Below are positions 1-13,645 of a stretch of 64,000 nt of DNA, one piece after another (within the stretch, counting starts at the first letter, position 1; every line of letters begins with the position of its first letter). The stretch covers positions 930,001 through 994,000 of the forward strand of contig NW_026889764.1 of the NCBI RefSeq assembly GCF_033153115.1, in the 5' to 3' direction. The DNA is from Saccostrea echinata (lineage: Eukaryota). A program made the translations under genes and the position numbers. Below the pieces are notes generated by a model. That model saw only the letters and a program-made list of their open reading frames with translations, was not told the DNA's origin and ran no database searches.

Positions 1-40
1 TCTTTAAAACGAATCATCTAACTATTTTTCCCAGAATTAT

Positions 41-314
41 CAGTGGCGGATCCAGGAATTTTATAACGGGAGGGCGCAGTAGAAGGCAGGGGGCCTGGGG
101 GGCTGTATTGAAACCCCAGTGGGTCCAGGGCAAAGCCCTGATGGGGGTTCGGGGGCGAAACCCCCCGGAAGCTGACGAATTCTTATAAATAAGAGGTGCT
201 TTTTCCTTGATTTTAGGAAAATGAACATATAAGTTCGACATACAAAAAATTCAAACGGGGGATTGGGGATTGGGGGGTTGCATGCCCGGCGCGCTGGTGC
301 TGGATCCGCCTTTG
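41..314. mobile_element. Non-autonomous TIR element (MITE)
   Basis: Terminal inverted repeats CAGTGGCGGATCCAG ... CTGGATCCGCCTTTG, GC-rich body in AT-rich flank, ATTAT on both sides (putative 5-bp TSD). Confidence 0.75.
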
Positions 315-679
315 ATTATAATCTATGCTAGCGCACTTGCAGTTTCATCCCAACGTAACTAGTCAGCCCGAGGGCTAACTAATAAATGACCAAATGGTGG
401 CATCCCTTCGATATTCGTTAATTTGTAGTATTTGGTTATGACATTTGAGAAAGTCAGTTGTACATCTTGTGTAATGAAGTATCGCAACTATGTCGCTCCT
501 TGATGACGGAAATGTTAGCACCTCTCTTGCATATACGTTCCATAGATATTGATTGATTATTCATGCAAGCTTTTTGAAAAGCTATTACTTGTATAACACT
601 CTAAGTATCATGGTATCTTTTTGTCATTTAAACACTGTTTTTATAATAAAAATAAAATTTATATTCTTCCTCTTTTCAG

Positions 680-1965
680 GCAAGAGAGAAAGAAGAAGAG
701 GGAAATCCGAAAAAGAAGACCAAGACTTGGAATTTGGTGTTGACGACGTCCGGCATTTGAAGACTTTAAAAGGGGCGTGTCTTCGTGGAAACAAGCAACA
801 ATTTGATCATGAAATTCAAAAACATTTTGGAGAAAAACAACTTCTTTTTACAAGAGACAGCGATGGATATTCACTTTTGCATTTTGCTTGTGAAGGTGGT
901 AACTTGGAAATTCTAAAGCATTTACTCGAAGAGGGTTTTATGTTGGATTCAACAACATTTAAAGGTAAAACTGTGCTTCATATTGCCTCTCAATTTGGAC
1001 ACAAATCAATTTGTGATTATGTTTTATCAAAAGACACTGCACTACTAGAAATTACCGATAAACGTAAAGGAAACGCAGCCCATTTTGCCGCTGAAGGTGG
1101 CTACGTTGAAATACTAGAATTCTTGGTAAATAAAGGCATTAACCCAAAGCAGTTAACCGAAAGAGAAAGAAATATATTTCACATTGCAAGTTCCAATGAT
1201 CAACAAGAAATGTGTAAATATATAGTACAGACGTACCCAGAAATCATTCATTCTGTAGATGGTCTCGGATGGAATGCTCTTCATTTCGCCACAGCAAAAG
1301 GGCATATTGAAATGTTTGATACACTAGTTGGATTTGATCTTGATGTTAAAAGCAAAACAAATCGAGGGAATTCAGTTCTTCATATTGCATGTCTTAAAAG
1401 CCGACTTGAAATGTGCAAATATATCATAAACAGATGGCCATATCTAGTTAAAGAACAAAACAAGTTGAACCGAACTCCAGTATTCGCTGCAGTAGAAGGT
1501 GGTGATATAAATATATTAAAACTTCTGAAAAATTATGATGCAGATGAGAGAGCCATTGCAGCAGATAATCACACTTTGCTACATGTAGCAAGCGAACATT
1601 CCAATTATGAGATCTGTAAATACGTTATACAAACGTATCCTGAAATGACTAACCTTTCCTCAAGCAAGAACTTTAATGCGTTACACATGCTTGCAGCCGG
1701 ATCATCTAGATCAGAAGAGGAGGAAATCATGGTTTTCAACCTATTGGTAAGCCATGGTGTTGACATCTTTCAAACAACGAAAAAGGGAAGCTCTGTTCTA
1801 AGTCTTGCTTGCAAGAATCGGAAGTATGACTTATGCAAATACATGGTAGACCATCATCCAGCACTCTTAAAAATACCAAGCGTAGATCTGTTGAAGACAG
1901 CCGAGGAGACAAATGACAAAGAAATGATTGAATTGTTTAAGATGGAATTAAATATAATGACCTAA
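680..1965 (+). CDS. Terminal exon of ankyrin-repeat gene copy 1 (cytoplasmic domain of putative TM-ankyrin receptor; 5' exons outside window)
   Basis: Pyrimidine tract and acceptor tcttttcAG at 678-679, phase 1 like the paralogs' terminal exons. Open to TAA at 1963-1965. About 11-12 ankyrin repeats (GYSLLHFACEGG, GKTVLHIASQFG, GWNALHFATAKG...). The first 42 aa of ORF 553-1965 are intronic read-through. Confidence 0.88.
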
Positions 1966-2464
1966 GAATTCTTTGCTTCAGTGAACATGAAAATATTTTT
2001 TTTAGTTTATTGTGTTTATTAGTTTATTAGTTCTAACATTTATGAAAACTTAAAATGCAAAGATTCAAATGCTTATCAACAAGCAAAGTTCGAGTTGAAG
2101 CAAGAAGGGACCAAAGAAATTATGGAAATTCAGAAAGAATAGAAAAAATAATATCTCTCATACGGGCAGGCAAAAGCAAAGAAATTAACAATTTAAAAAA
2201 AAAATTAGAAATTGGTATATTTTACCAGAAAATTTAGATTTTGAAAATAGCAGGTAGACATGGCTGATATACAGTCCAGGCATATCTAGTTGTCCCTCTC
2301 ACTGATAATGGTCAAAGTCATCTGTTTGCATATGAATATACACAATCCTTGGACTACTTTTTAAAAGTACTTCGAAATGAAAACAATGTGTTTTAACGAT
2401 GTTACATTTTGTGTATTGCCATGACAATCGAAATCTTTATAAACTATGAAAAATGAATTCCATT

Positions 2465-3480
2465 TTTTTTTATACCCGAACTTTCTAAAGAAAGTTAGGG
2501 TATATTGTTGCTACCCTGGTCCTTAATCCGTTCGTCCGTCTGAAGCTTTTTTCTTCCTCAAACTCCTCTTTTATTCTAAGCAGTCACCAATTAATCTTTT
2601 GGAATGTGATAGGCGGTTTCCTGTAGATGTGCAATAAGGTTTTCGGATTTTAAATATTACCCCATGGGCAAAACGGGGGTCCAAAAATTTTTTTTTTCTA
2701 CAAAAAAATCTGGTTCCCAGAACTCCTATTACATTTACACAGTAACCTAATCATCTTTTGAAAAATTATTAGTGGTGTCCTGTAGATGTGCAATAAGGTT
2801 TCAGAATTTTGATTTTCACCATAGAGGTCAAATGGGGGTCGAAAATGATGGGTTTTTTTTTTACCATGACCTGGTCCCCCGAACTCCATCTACATTTTAT
2901 ACAGTAGCCTAATCATCTTTTGGAAGATGATTGATGGTATCCTGTACATGTGCAATAAGGTTTCAGAATTTTCGTTTTCATCTTGGGGGCAAAAAGGGAT
3001 CGGAAATGACTTTATTTTTTCTGCATTTTTAATCTACTTTTAGTGACCCAGGCATCATCATTTATGGAAATTAAAAACTGATGAACATTAAAACATGTAC
3101 ATTAACAAAGGCTAATTGTGCACAGTTATTGAAATCGAGCCAAAACTCTAGGAGGAATAGCGATTTGAATTAATCTCATAAAAATATCTTTACTTGTGCT
3201 CCAAGTATTAATGAAATTCAGGGTCAAAGCTGTAGGAAAAGTAGAGCTTTGAAAGAACGAATTTGATTCTACACTATATAATGAACTTTTCACATAAGAT
3301 TGATTTTTTTCTTTCCCAGTGCTTCTTGAAAAGATTTTTGAAGATTTTTTTTCCTATACATTCTCATATTAAACTTTGATCTTCTATTGTGGGTCCACCC
3401 TACCCATGGAGATTATAATTTGAAAAAACTTGAATTAACACTATGAGATGAAGTTTCACATAAGTTAAAACTTTTCGTAG
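2465..3480 (+). mobile_element. Non-autonomous Helitron/Helentron-type element (degenerate)
   Basis: Poly-T-ATACCC...GGGTATATTG 5' end, (TCCG)n-like microsatellite, three ~160-bp units containing GTAGATGTGCAATAAGGTTTC (about 2622, 2782, 2944). 3' boundary approximate. Confidence 0.6.
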
Positions 3481-3806
3481 AGACTCATGTATGATAATTA
3501 TACCCTGAGGGGTATGTTCACCTGTCTCAACAAATCATTTGAGGGTTCACTGAGTTGTTTTCAAATTATTAAACCTCGTTTAATTCATTTTTGCATACTC
3601 TGATGACAGTCGAGTATTTTCTAATAGATTAAAGTGAAGAACTTCCATGTTCTTGAGTAATAGGAGTTCCATGTGAACATTCGTAAAAAATCAGGAAAAA
3701 GTCTTCTGTTTCCTTTTGTAATTAGGTGTAGATCAAAGACTTGATTATGAGTAAACTTTTTTTTACATATCTGGGAGGGATTTCATTCTAGCTGCAGTAT
3801 GATGAA

Positions 3807-4154
3807 TTGATTGATTGATTGTATGTTGTTTTACGTCCCATTCGAGAATTTTTCACTCATTTAGAAACGTCACCATATACCGGTGAAGGGCTTCAAATTT
3901 TGACCTTTACTCGGCACTCAGGGCCATTAAGCAGTGAGGGATCTCTATCATGCTAACGCCTGTCGTGACATGGGGCCTCGGTTTTTATGGTCTCATCCGA
4001 AGGACCTGCAACTTTTACTTCAAAGTGCCGAGCGCATGGCGAAGGAACAGTTGCTACCCATTTTTTCGACTTAGGTCAGTCGCGGCCGAGATTCGAACTC
4101 ACGACCTCCCGATCACGGAGCAAGCGCTCTACCGACTGAGCTTCCGTGAACGGT
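3807..4154 (-). mobile_element. Full-length tRNA-derived SINE
   Basis: Minus-strand head has A box (AGCTCAGTCGG) and B box (GTTCGAATC), (TCAA)n tail, imperfect TSD AG(C/T)TGCAGTAT. Several related copies in the window. Confidence 0.85.
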
Positions 4155-7100
4155 AGTTGCAGTATAAATTACACAGTATAAAATCCTAAAAAGTTTATCA
4201 ATTTAAATTTAAAAAAAGAAAAAAAAATCTTATACTATTCCATTTTAATTTTTGGCCCAAGTAGATGTCAGAAAGAGAGAAAGAAGAGAGAGAAAATACC
4301 CCCAGGTTTATAGTCTTATGCAAAACTAAAAACTTATGATAGCAAGTGCTCGGAAAGATATACAATAACTGAAGAGCAATATTTTTTCACGCATTGTTTT
4401 CAGAATAGTTTAAAGCTGAAAATGTACACCATGTCACCATAGTATGACTTAATCCATGTTGAAAAAGTTATATTTAATGATATGTACACCATGTGCAATC
4501 CAATAATGATAATTGTGAAATTAGTAAGCGTAGGTGACGGAAGTCCAATATGAGGCGCGGGTCTAGAAATTTTAAAAGTTGTACACATGGTACATGTACA
4601 AATTTTATATTATAATCACGAACGAAGTTTTTACATAACTTTGTGATATCTATCTCCAAAAACAGGCAAATTGTGGGGAGGGGTGGTTTTGACAATATTG
4701 ATCGAGTGTGCGTTTTGGAGCGGGTTTTTTCCCTACCCAAATACTCATAAAAGATTGAACAATTTGATCAATTCTGAAAGTTGGCATCTAGATTATTTTT
4801 AAGTTCATCAAAAACGCTTTGCACTAAAGTAATAATATTTGTTATTTGTTATTTTGAAAATGAATTTAAAAAGTTCCAATTATGGGCCAAATTTTACACC
4901 CCTCAACCCACTTTTTTTAAAAACATAATTTACATCATTAATTAATTCTGTGATTTCAGACTGATAATGAGTTTAGTATATTAAATACTTATGAAATACG
5001 TTCACCTGGGTATTTTATACTCAATTTGTCAAATACATGTACTGTGTAAATCATAGACTTATTGTGGTTTTTTCTTTGCTTACCCAAATATGAAGGAGTA
5101 TGCATTACAGGTAAACATCTTACTGCAGGTATTACTGTCTGATGACAGCATTTAGTTTTTTGGGTTTTTTTTTTTCTTAAGATTCTTTTTATTTCTTACA
5201 TAACCGTATACCGTATACACAATCGTCTGCAAATGTGATGTATAATTCAATACAATAGCAGGTCCTCGGGGTCAGCATCAGTTTGGTCACTAATGTAATT
5301 TGATGATTTCCTTTTTTAGGATAAAGACAATTTCAATTTCGAGACAATCAATTTCGAACATTTAGATATGTTGTGTAGTAGTAGATTTGAAAATTTGTCA
5401 GAAAACCTTACCATACCTCCTCTCATTGACCTTCCTAAACCCATGACACCTGCATCCCCTATCAAGACAAACGGAATCAAAGAAACTACAGGCGAAGAAG
5501 TGAACAGTCAAGTCGTTTGTTTGAGGCTCGCCAAATCCGAGGAACCAAGAAAAAGGTCATGCAACTGGGGGTGTACAATGTTTCAAGGTATATATAAGAT
5601 AAATACTGCCAACTACAAAAAAGCAATTAATGCAAAAATAGTGTTAATTCATAAAAACATGTATCATAAGAGGGAGAGAGAGAGAGAGAGAGAGAGAGAT
5701 AAGGACTTACCTCAATATAATATGGAAAATTGACAATACTTTTCATTCTTAATTAAAAATTACCAACAATAGGGATCATACCTGTTCCTCTTTATAGAGG
5801 AAAGTGTGTACCAATACACCATATCCGCATTCAAATGTGAAATGAATATATGTAATTTCAATGTTTTTGTCAAGAATAGGTATACTCATACAGAATTAAA
5901 GGTAATACTTTAAAGAAATAAATGCAGCTTCCTAGACAGAATTTTTTGAAACGGTAAAATGTATCAAAATACAACATAAATAAGGCAAAAATTGAATGAA
6001 TAAAACAATTTATTAAAAACAAGATGTAATACATAATACATGTAGTATATCTTGTCTTTTAATTAGACTGGAGCATTGAGAGAAGAGTAGAACCCGTGGA
6101 TTTTGAAGAAATTTCACCAACCCAACTCAATATCAATAGTCTTCTTGAGAAACTCTACTGTGAGGCATGGTCCTTAAAAGGGGGGATTTTATCACAAAAA
6201 TACACTGAAAGATTTGAGAGCAGTCATAAACCGAAAACTGATTTCTCAAAGATGCGCTGCTTAACCCCATTATTCCCTTACAATGTGACTGCTTCCATAT
6301 AGCAATCCAGTTCATTTCTCGGGGCCCAGAATTTCATCACCAACTCAAGTTGGATTCATTTTCTTTCCATACTGATGAAACAGGTGAATATAATACACTT
6401 AGCCAAGAAAAACAACAAAAAAATCACCAAGATGGTGAAATGTGGAAACGAACACTGATAAATTTATGTATGCTACAGATGGATGCAGATACATGCCCTG
6501 TAAAAATGAATCAAATAACTCATTTTAAAAAAACCCAGATGAATCAGCCTCTTTAATCTATTCATTAAGTACAGGTCACATAATGAACATGTCGGATCTT
6601 AAAAATGAGGGTTCCTTATGGTCTTACAATATAAAGATTTCTTCGACACAGAAAGAAATCTTCGGTGCACCTTGTCCAAAATAATGAACACCACAACAAA
6701 TGAACAAATCGGTACCTCAGAATTCGCATTTTTTTAGCCTCTTGGTCATTCACTTGTAACTGTTAGAGTTATAGCACTTGCTTCCACAACTGCTATCCCG
6801 GTCCCTCCTTTTAGCAACCTTGCTTTGAAGAGTACATCTCAACCTGCAGCTCTGCAGTTACTTCGTGAATTTTTAGATTCATTTCCACCACCATCACGCT
6901 GCACGGTAGCCAAATCACACAAGCTGAAAAAAGAACTCGGCGACCTTGTAAGGTATCTAGCAAATTAAAATGTTGCAAAATTACTTTTTAAATTATTGTT
7001 AAAATTTTGTTTGAAACTGTTTATTAAATGGTGTTTACAGTCATAATATATTGGCTTATCTATTCCTTTGATCTTTTACTTTAAATCAAGGGGCTTAAAC

Positions 7101-9329
7101 ATTAACTTCGACAGTGAGTTCCCGAACAAAGAAAGCATTTAATAGCTTAAAAATCTGAGGATTGGACATACGCTAATTCGTTAATAATGGGTATTTTATT
7201 TAGCTATTAAAAAAAGAGAAAAAGCAGTAGCAGTATACAGTTTTGAAAATAATTGCTATAATGTGTGTTACAAAAATTGTGTGGGTCCTCTTATTTCTGA
7301 GATTTACCTTAATTAATTAAAGAAATTTGTTTCACCTTAAAATGAATTTGTGAAAACAAATTTGTATTTGTTTAATTATATTGTTTAAAAATTCAACTGC
7401 AATTTTTATTTCAAAATATTTATCTCTCTCTCTCTCTCTCTCTCAATATCAGGATATTTTATTGATTCATTCGATAATTTACATATACATGTACAATGAC
7501 ATGGCAAAACTGTTACCCCACCCCCCCCCCCTCTAAAATACAAAAGACATTATATCAACAAGAAAAATAGAATCATGTAGTCTTTTTTTTTTAAAGACCC
7601 TTCAAATTGATTACATAATTCGCTTGCAGACCCTTATTACCAGTAAATGCTTAAAAAAATACCGGTTTAACCCCCTCCTTTCCCCTCCGGTTAAACACGA
7701 ATTTTGATAGCCTCTGTTGATTTTCATTCATTTTTTTCAATGGACTATTTGACAGATACATGTATGTCTACCCCCTCCCCAGTTCCGTGCTTATAATCAT
7801 ACAGTTTGATTTCGCTTTGATATGGTGTCTCTTCGGCGGTATTAACTCAAAAACACTTCTTAGTGACAAAAAAATGGGTAATGAAATGAAAATGCAATTA
7901 TTGAATTTGATTTTCTTCTTGGTTTTCTTGCTGACGCACATGTGTAATATAATTTATGGTTTGATATAAAAACTGTTTCAGAATAGGGTATTCATTATCT
8001 TAAATCTCTTTTTATAACAAAGGAAAGATCATTATGCGACAAACTTTCGAAACAACAGATTTATCTCTCTCTGCTAAGCTTCTTTTTTCTTCTGTTGAGC
8101 TACCTTGTCCATCCAGCTGATTTTTTTTTTATTTTGGCCGAGATCGGGGCCAGTGTGAGTCAATTCAGCACGCAATTTATAGAATTGAAGAGAAGAGGCT
8201 GCTTCAACTTAGCAGAGAAAACAATCACAGAATTAAGATTTAAATTTATACGTATGATTAAATTGATAAAACATCAACATTTTTTTCAGAGTTTTGATCC
8301 CGCTTGTAAACTAAGAATTACAGTAATCTAAATTTCATTAAATTAATCATTAAATAAAATGTAGTTAATATGTACATGTATATAGAGTAATCAATAAGAT
8401 GTAGGTGGATCATAATTTAACATTTTTTTTCCATTTAAATCCATTAATTGACAAGTGTCAATTCACTCCCGACAAAAAGTGCGTCTAATTGTATCACTTT
8501 CGGAAATGGTAGTCTATTCTCAAGCTCTCTGGAAGAACCTCGGGTACGGCTATCGACTAATAATTTGAGGATTTTTTGGTCTTCAAATCGCCCTGGAAAT
8601 CCCATCTATCCAAAGTTTTCTGAAGAACTATATTACCATCAAATACGCGATATCAAATGATAATAGAAGATGATAAAAAGAAAGATGAGGATGGACATTC
8701 TCAGTGACCCCCTCCCCCCCCCCACACACACACACATGTACACACATTTTCTGTTGCAGTATGGTCAAATCTTTCGCAGTTAATGTGTTAATGTAACCAG
8801 AATTATTTTTGTGGAAAAGAGAACCTCGGAACTTAATAGCCATACCCCCCCCCCCCCTTCTATAGGTTTTTAGAGTTTGGTCCATTTCTGCATAGTCTTG
8901 GTGTCAAAGTTTTGCTTATGTCACTTGACTTGTCACTTATTGCTTTCTTCCTGCCTCCTCCCTTCCTCCTCCACTTTGTAAAACTATCTGCCAAAGTGTT
9001 TGCCAAACTTATAGTCATCTAAAATGTATCTCTGACACTTCAATAAGCTACAAGAAAGTGTTATATATGTAGAGTGAAACTTTGTTAACTCAAATCGTAA
9101 GATATTTCGAAGTTTCATTTGGTCCAATCAAATCTGAGATAACGAGCATAAACGTGTTTTTAGATCTAACATTATCTTTTGTTTTCTGGCCTCACTGACT
9201 GAAACTGTCAACGAATTTACAATGTATCGAATACCTGCAACCTCAATTACACACCCATTGCAAACTAATTCATTTATGGCTTTTGATACAAACTCAACAT
9301 TATTTAACGTAAATTTGTTGTTTTTCCAG

Positions 9330-10075
9330 AAAGAAGATGGGTGAACAAGGCGTGCAGAATGCCTATAGTTTCAGATATTAATAAAATCATATTCAATTTG
9401 TGATTTAAGTATTTAAAATAAAGTTCTCATATTGAAATTTATGAAATTATGATTAACAAAACTTTTCTGAGAAAAAAGATCTCGGAAAAAATTATTCTTT
9501 TATTAAAAAAATAAAATGGTATTCGTAGGATTCGAACCCCTATCAATAAAAATCCGGAGTATCATATTGATTCGAGACTAACACGCTAACCACTACGCCA
9601 CGCAGCTCCTGACGAATTGTGGCATTTAAATCATATTTGTGATATGACCCTTGACTTAATGGACTTCAAGTATTTCTCGGAAAGATGCGAATGCTTTGTC
9701 ATAAAACGGAAGTGTACTTTTAAGGTATAGTGGGTCTTTGCTCCATGTTTTTGTAAACCAAAAAATGTATATTTTTATGCAAACTTTTAGGATTAACTTT
9801 CAAAAAAATGGAGCGAAGACCCACTCATATCGAAAAATTTTCTTAAAGTGTGAGAAAACGATCCTTTTTGTACTCTTTAGTGTGTGTATGCTATTTCGTA
9901 GGCAAATAATTTCAGTCTTTGTGAGATTTATGTAAATTGTAGAGATTTAGCATAAAATATACTTTTATGTTAGATGAAATATCAAAGAAAATTTTTATAT
10001 AATTGAGATTTTATTTTTCACTTCATGTTTGTCGCACTATAGGCACTTCGCCCGCCTTGTTCACCCATCTTCTTT
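9330..10075. mobile_element. Non-autonomous TIR element carrying an internal tRNA-like segment (Kolobok-like ends, tentative)
   Basis: Perfect 23-bp TIR AAAGAAGATGGGTGAACAAGGCG / CGCCTTGTTCACCCATCTTCTTT and subterminal GCCTATAGT/ACTATAGGC. No clear TSD. Confidence 0.7.
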
Positions 10076-10117
10076 GGAAGAACTGGTTTAAAGGAATTAC
10101 GTAACCACATTTAACTG

Positions 10118-10397
10118 TTTTTGTTTGTTTGTTGTTTAACGTCCCTCTCTAGAATTTTTCATTCATATGGAGACGCCACCAATGCCGATGGAGAGCTGCA
10201 AATTTTGACCTATACTCGATACATAGGGCCATAGAGCATAGGGCCAATAGCGACACGGGACCTCGGTTTATACGGTCTCATCCGAAGGACCGGTCTCCAA
10301 GTCCCACAATGGGATTCGAACCCGCGACGTAATGATCAACTCCTTACTCCGCGACTCTAGAGTGAACGCTTTGTTTAAACACTGCGCCATGCGGGCG
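10118..10397 (-). mobile_element. tRNA-derived SINE, second subfamily
   Basis: Shares the 3' body (GAGAATTTTTCA.TCATATGGAGACG...GGTCTCATCCGAAGGACC) with the 3807 copy but has a different head with B box GGTTCGAATCC and an (ACAA)n tail. Confidence 0.75.
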
Positions 10398-12269
10398 AGT
10401 TAACTGGGTTTTTTTTAAAACTAGTTCAGTGGGGTTAAACTTTTTCTCACAAAATATAACACTGAATGATTGGTGAACCTTTTTTTACAACATGTTCACC
10501 CTTAGCAAACTCAAATTCATTATGCATTTGATACTCAACTTGTTCGACTTGATTGCTGTATTGTATAAGACCCTGTTTTCCTCTTTTAACTTTAATCTAG
10601 AATTTTATATGCCACTCTACCCCAATTGTTATAACTGTAAGATTAGAGACACTGTCGCCTTCTTTATATTTTTACATTTAAGCAAATGGCTATATTTAAT
10701 CAAGGTTCATTTGATCCGTGTAAATATTTTCTTTAATTTAAAAAATACCTTATGCTTATAAATAAGAAAGGGATGAACTGCAGATAAGGTGCTGTTATAG
10801 GCACTGTAATTTATAGAGTTTTCTCAATCAAAAAAGAAAAGCTTACAAATATAGAACATTAGGTAAATTTGAATAGAGAAAATATGATTCGGGGGGGGGG
10901 GGGGCAATGCATAGCTCTATATAATAAAAAAAATATCTAGCTGACACCTTGTATAGTTTAAGGATATTAAGCCTTTTTGGTAACGTGTAAAAACCATTGT
11001 TGACCGAGGCGAAGCCGAGATTGTATTAAAGAACAAAATACAGTTTCAATACAAAATTTGCCCTGTGTTTTTCTTAAAAATGAAAGTGATGTAAAAAAAA
11101 ATTAAAACCCATGCATTTTGAATCATTGAAATTCCATGGAGAAAGATCATACAAATCATTTTTCTCACATGACCTTCTAAATGCTAATTGTGACGTCATA
11201 AACTTGTGCATTTTCCCGTATTTTCTTAAAAAGTTGCAGAAGACACCAATTTTCAATGGAATTTTCTTTCAGATAATATTGTTCACAGTCATCGCCCACA
11301 AAGTTGTTGAGATATGTGATTTTTCAAAGAATTTTACACAGCATCCGAAAACTAAAGTGGACAACAGCTGTGGACACTAATTTCTTAAGGAAAATGACTC
11401 TTAAAATGGGTCATTTTGAGGCTTTTTTTGTTTAAAATAGAGAAATGGATCAAATTAATGATGTAATATTTCCAGAATGGTACTCCTTCATGCCATATTC
11501 TTTCTTGATTTATCAAAGTCATATACTCAGCTAATATTTAAGCCAGTTTCAAAACTTTTTGAAAACATTAAATTTTTAGGGCACGATAAAGCTAAAATCG
11601 TGCCTTCTTCTTTGTATTAAATTTCTTCACATTGATATATGAATAAAAGTAGAGGAAGTTCTGAAATGGTAAGCGTTGCAAATGTTATATTTATCATGTA
11701 TTTGTAATGAAGAATATTACACTGATAGTAAACGCAAATAATTAAAGAATAACACTATTTTTAGGTATGTCAGCAGATTGATCAACTTAACAAAAAAAGT
11801 TGAATCAAAAACACTCTTACCCAGTAGCAAATCAAAACGTCAGGATAGGGTCAACGAAAATTACACTTTCGAAATGAAAATGAAACAGGAAGAGGCCACA
11901 CTCAAGGCAGCAAGTCTGTATCAAAGGATTTTTATGATATATATGCAGTTTATTTTCAAATGAATAAAAATTTGGAATGTATACAACGAAGACCCAGCAA
12001 GAAAGAAAACAAGATGCAAAAGGTATTTTCAATAGATACTGTATTAACTAACTGAAAAACAAGAACAAATAACAAATTAAATTTATCTTTTATTACATAC
12101 ATGTGTGTTTATTTACTAATACACAAACAGACAGTTTTCTTTAAAAATATTAATACAACCACAACACTTTAAAATTTTGTGACCATGGACAATGTGTCAT
12201 TTAATTGCCATTGTCTACCAACATATGAATTAAGTAAACTTCTTTGGATACAGGTGCTCTAAATATAAA

Positions 12270-12870
12270 CCAACAGAATGAAAAAGGTGATCGTTCTAAA
12301 TAAAACCTATAAAACATTACAAATTTTTGAACAGGGCATAAAGCACGGATCCCCAGAAATTCCAGAGGTGGGATCAGATGCCTAGTAGAAGTAAATATCC
12401 CCTGTTGAGTTAAGTTTTAATCAGGTAGATGGAATATTCCGTGGTCAAATTTAGTATAACAACAAAGGCCTAGCATTTTGTATGAAATAAATTAGTCAAA
12501 ATACGACCCAATGATAGGTTGTTTTCGCTACCAAGGTCATTATCACGATTATAGAATTTACGAAATGCTGACTTTATACGAGGTTGTTGAAATCCCTGTA
12601 ACATCAAATTATCTGTCAGTAGCCTGTCTCGTTCAAAAATTGATACTATTTATTCTCTTGAGTATCGATTAATTTGGGAGATATAAACACCATATGAAGG
12701 TGATACCGGAATATAACTACATAAATTTGACGATGGAAAGCTGACGTCATCTTTGTCATACAGTTTAGATGTTAGTTAGCCCTTTTCGTCTATAACCCAA
12801 AACATCCAAATGATTTCTTTCTGAATAATTCTAATCCTTCATTTATTAGATACCATTTGCATAAGGTTTG
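12270..12870 (-). mobile_element. Penelope-like retroelement 3' fragment (degenerate)
   Basis: CAGAGGTGGGATCAGATGCC at ~12363 is the reverse complement of the GGCACCTGATCCCACCTCTG motif in the 18120-18540 fragment. Decayed RT C-terminal sequence. Confidence 0.6.
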
Positions 12871-13645
12871 ATAAACATCAAGCCATGGGATTTTTTTTAA
12901 ATCTTAATCTTCAAAAAGAAGGATATAATTAAACAACTAAAGCCACAGATTACCTGCCGTGTTCCTCTTAAGTATGAAATCAAGATATGATGTCAATAGA
13001 AAATATTAAATATCAAAATGACTTGTCATGTTTGAAAAGACATTTTTTTCTTATTTGATTTGTACACTTGTTAATGTATACATGCATATTTTTGACTGAA
13101 GTTTATTTTCTTCCTTTTTGCAAGGATGTAAAGCAAAACACTTTGTAATTATTTATAAATACGAATAAAGATATACTATTTATTTAGTTATAACAGGAAA
13201 TAAGTAAATGACCTATGAACATCTCTCATAATTCACTCGGGAAAAATACATTTACTCGTCAACAATAAATCAGACACCCTCATAGATCCTATCATTACCA
13301 GCAAAAACATATACATGATTACGGCACCTTGAATGTTAGTGATCCTAGAGCTACTTACGGATATATTCATCAGAACAACGATGTTAATATGGCATACAAA
13401 TGCAAAGTATAGGAATACAAGCATGCAGATTTAGAACTTCTAATTAAACTCATAATACAAAGTGTCTAGGATAGCACTATTGATGATACAGAAAAAAGAA
13501 AATCTGCTACAAAAAAATTCACAGAAAAGTTTAATTCTATCATTCACAATGCATACCATAAAAAATGTAACTATAGGACCAAATGATAAAGCATGAACGG
13601 ATTCTGTTTTAAAGAGAGCTATGCGTATTTGCAATTGGCTATGAA

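Noticed and set aside
553-679. Hydrophobic N-terminus of the 470-aa ORF as a signal/TM segment
   Set aside because: AT-rich intronic sequence ending in a pyrimidine tract and AG. Paralogs enter this exon by splicing in the same phase.
4075-4154. tRNA gene
   Set aside because: tRNA-like head is joined to a SINE body, tail and TSD. Same for 21473-21523 and 38300-38380.
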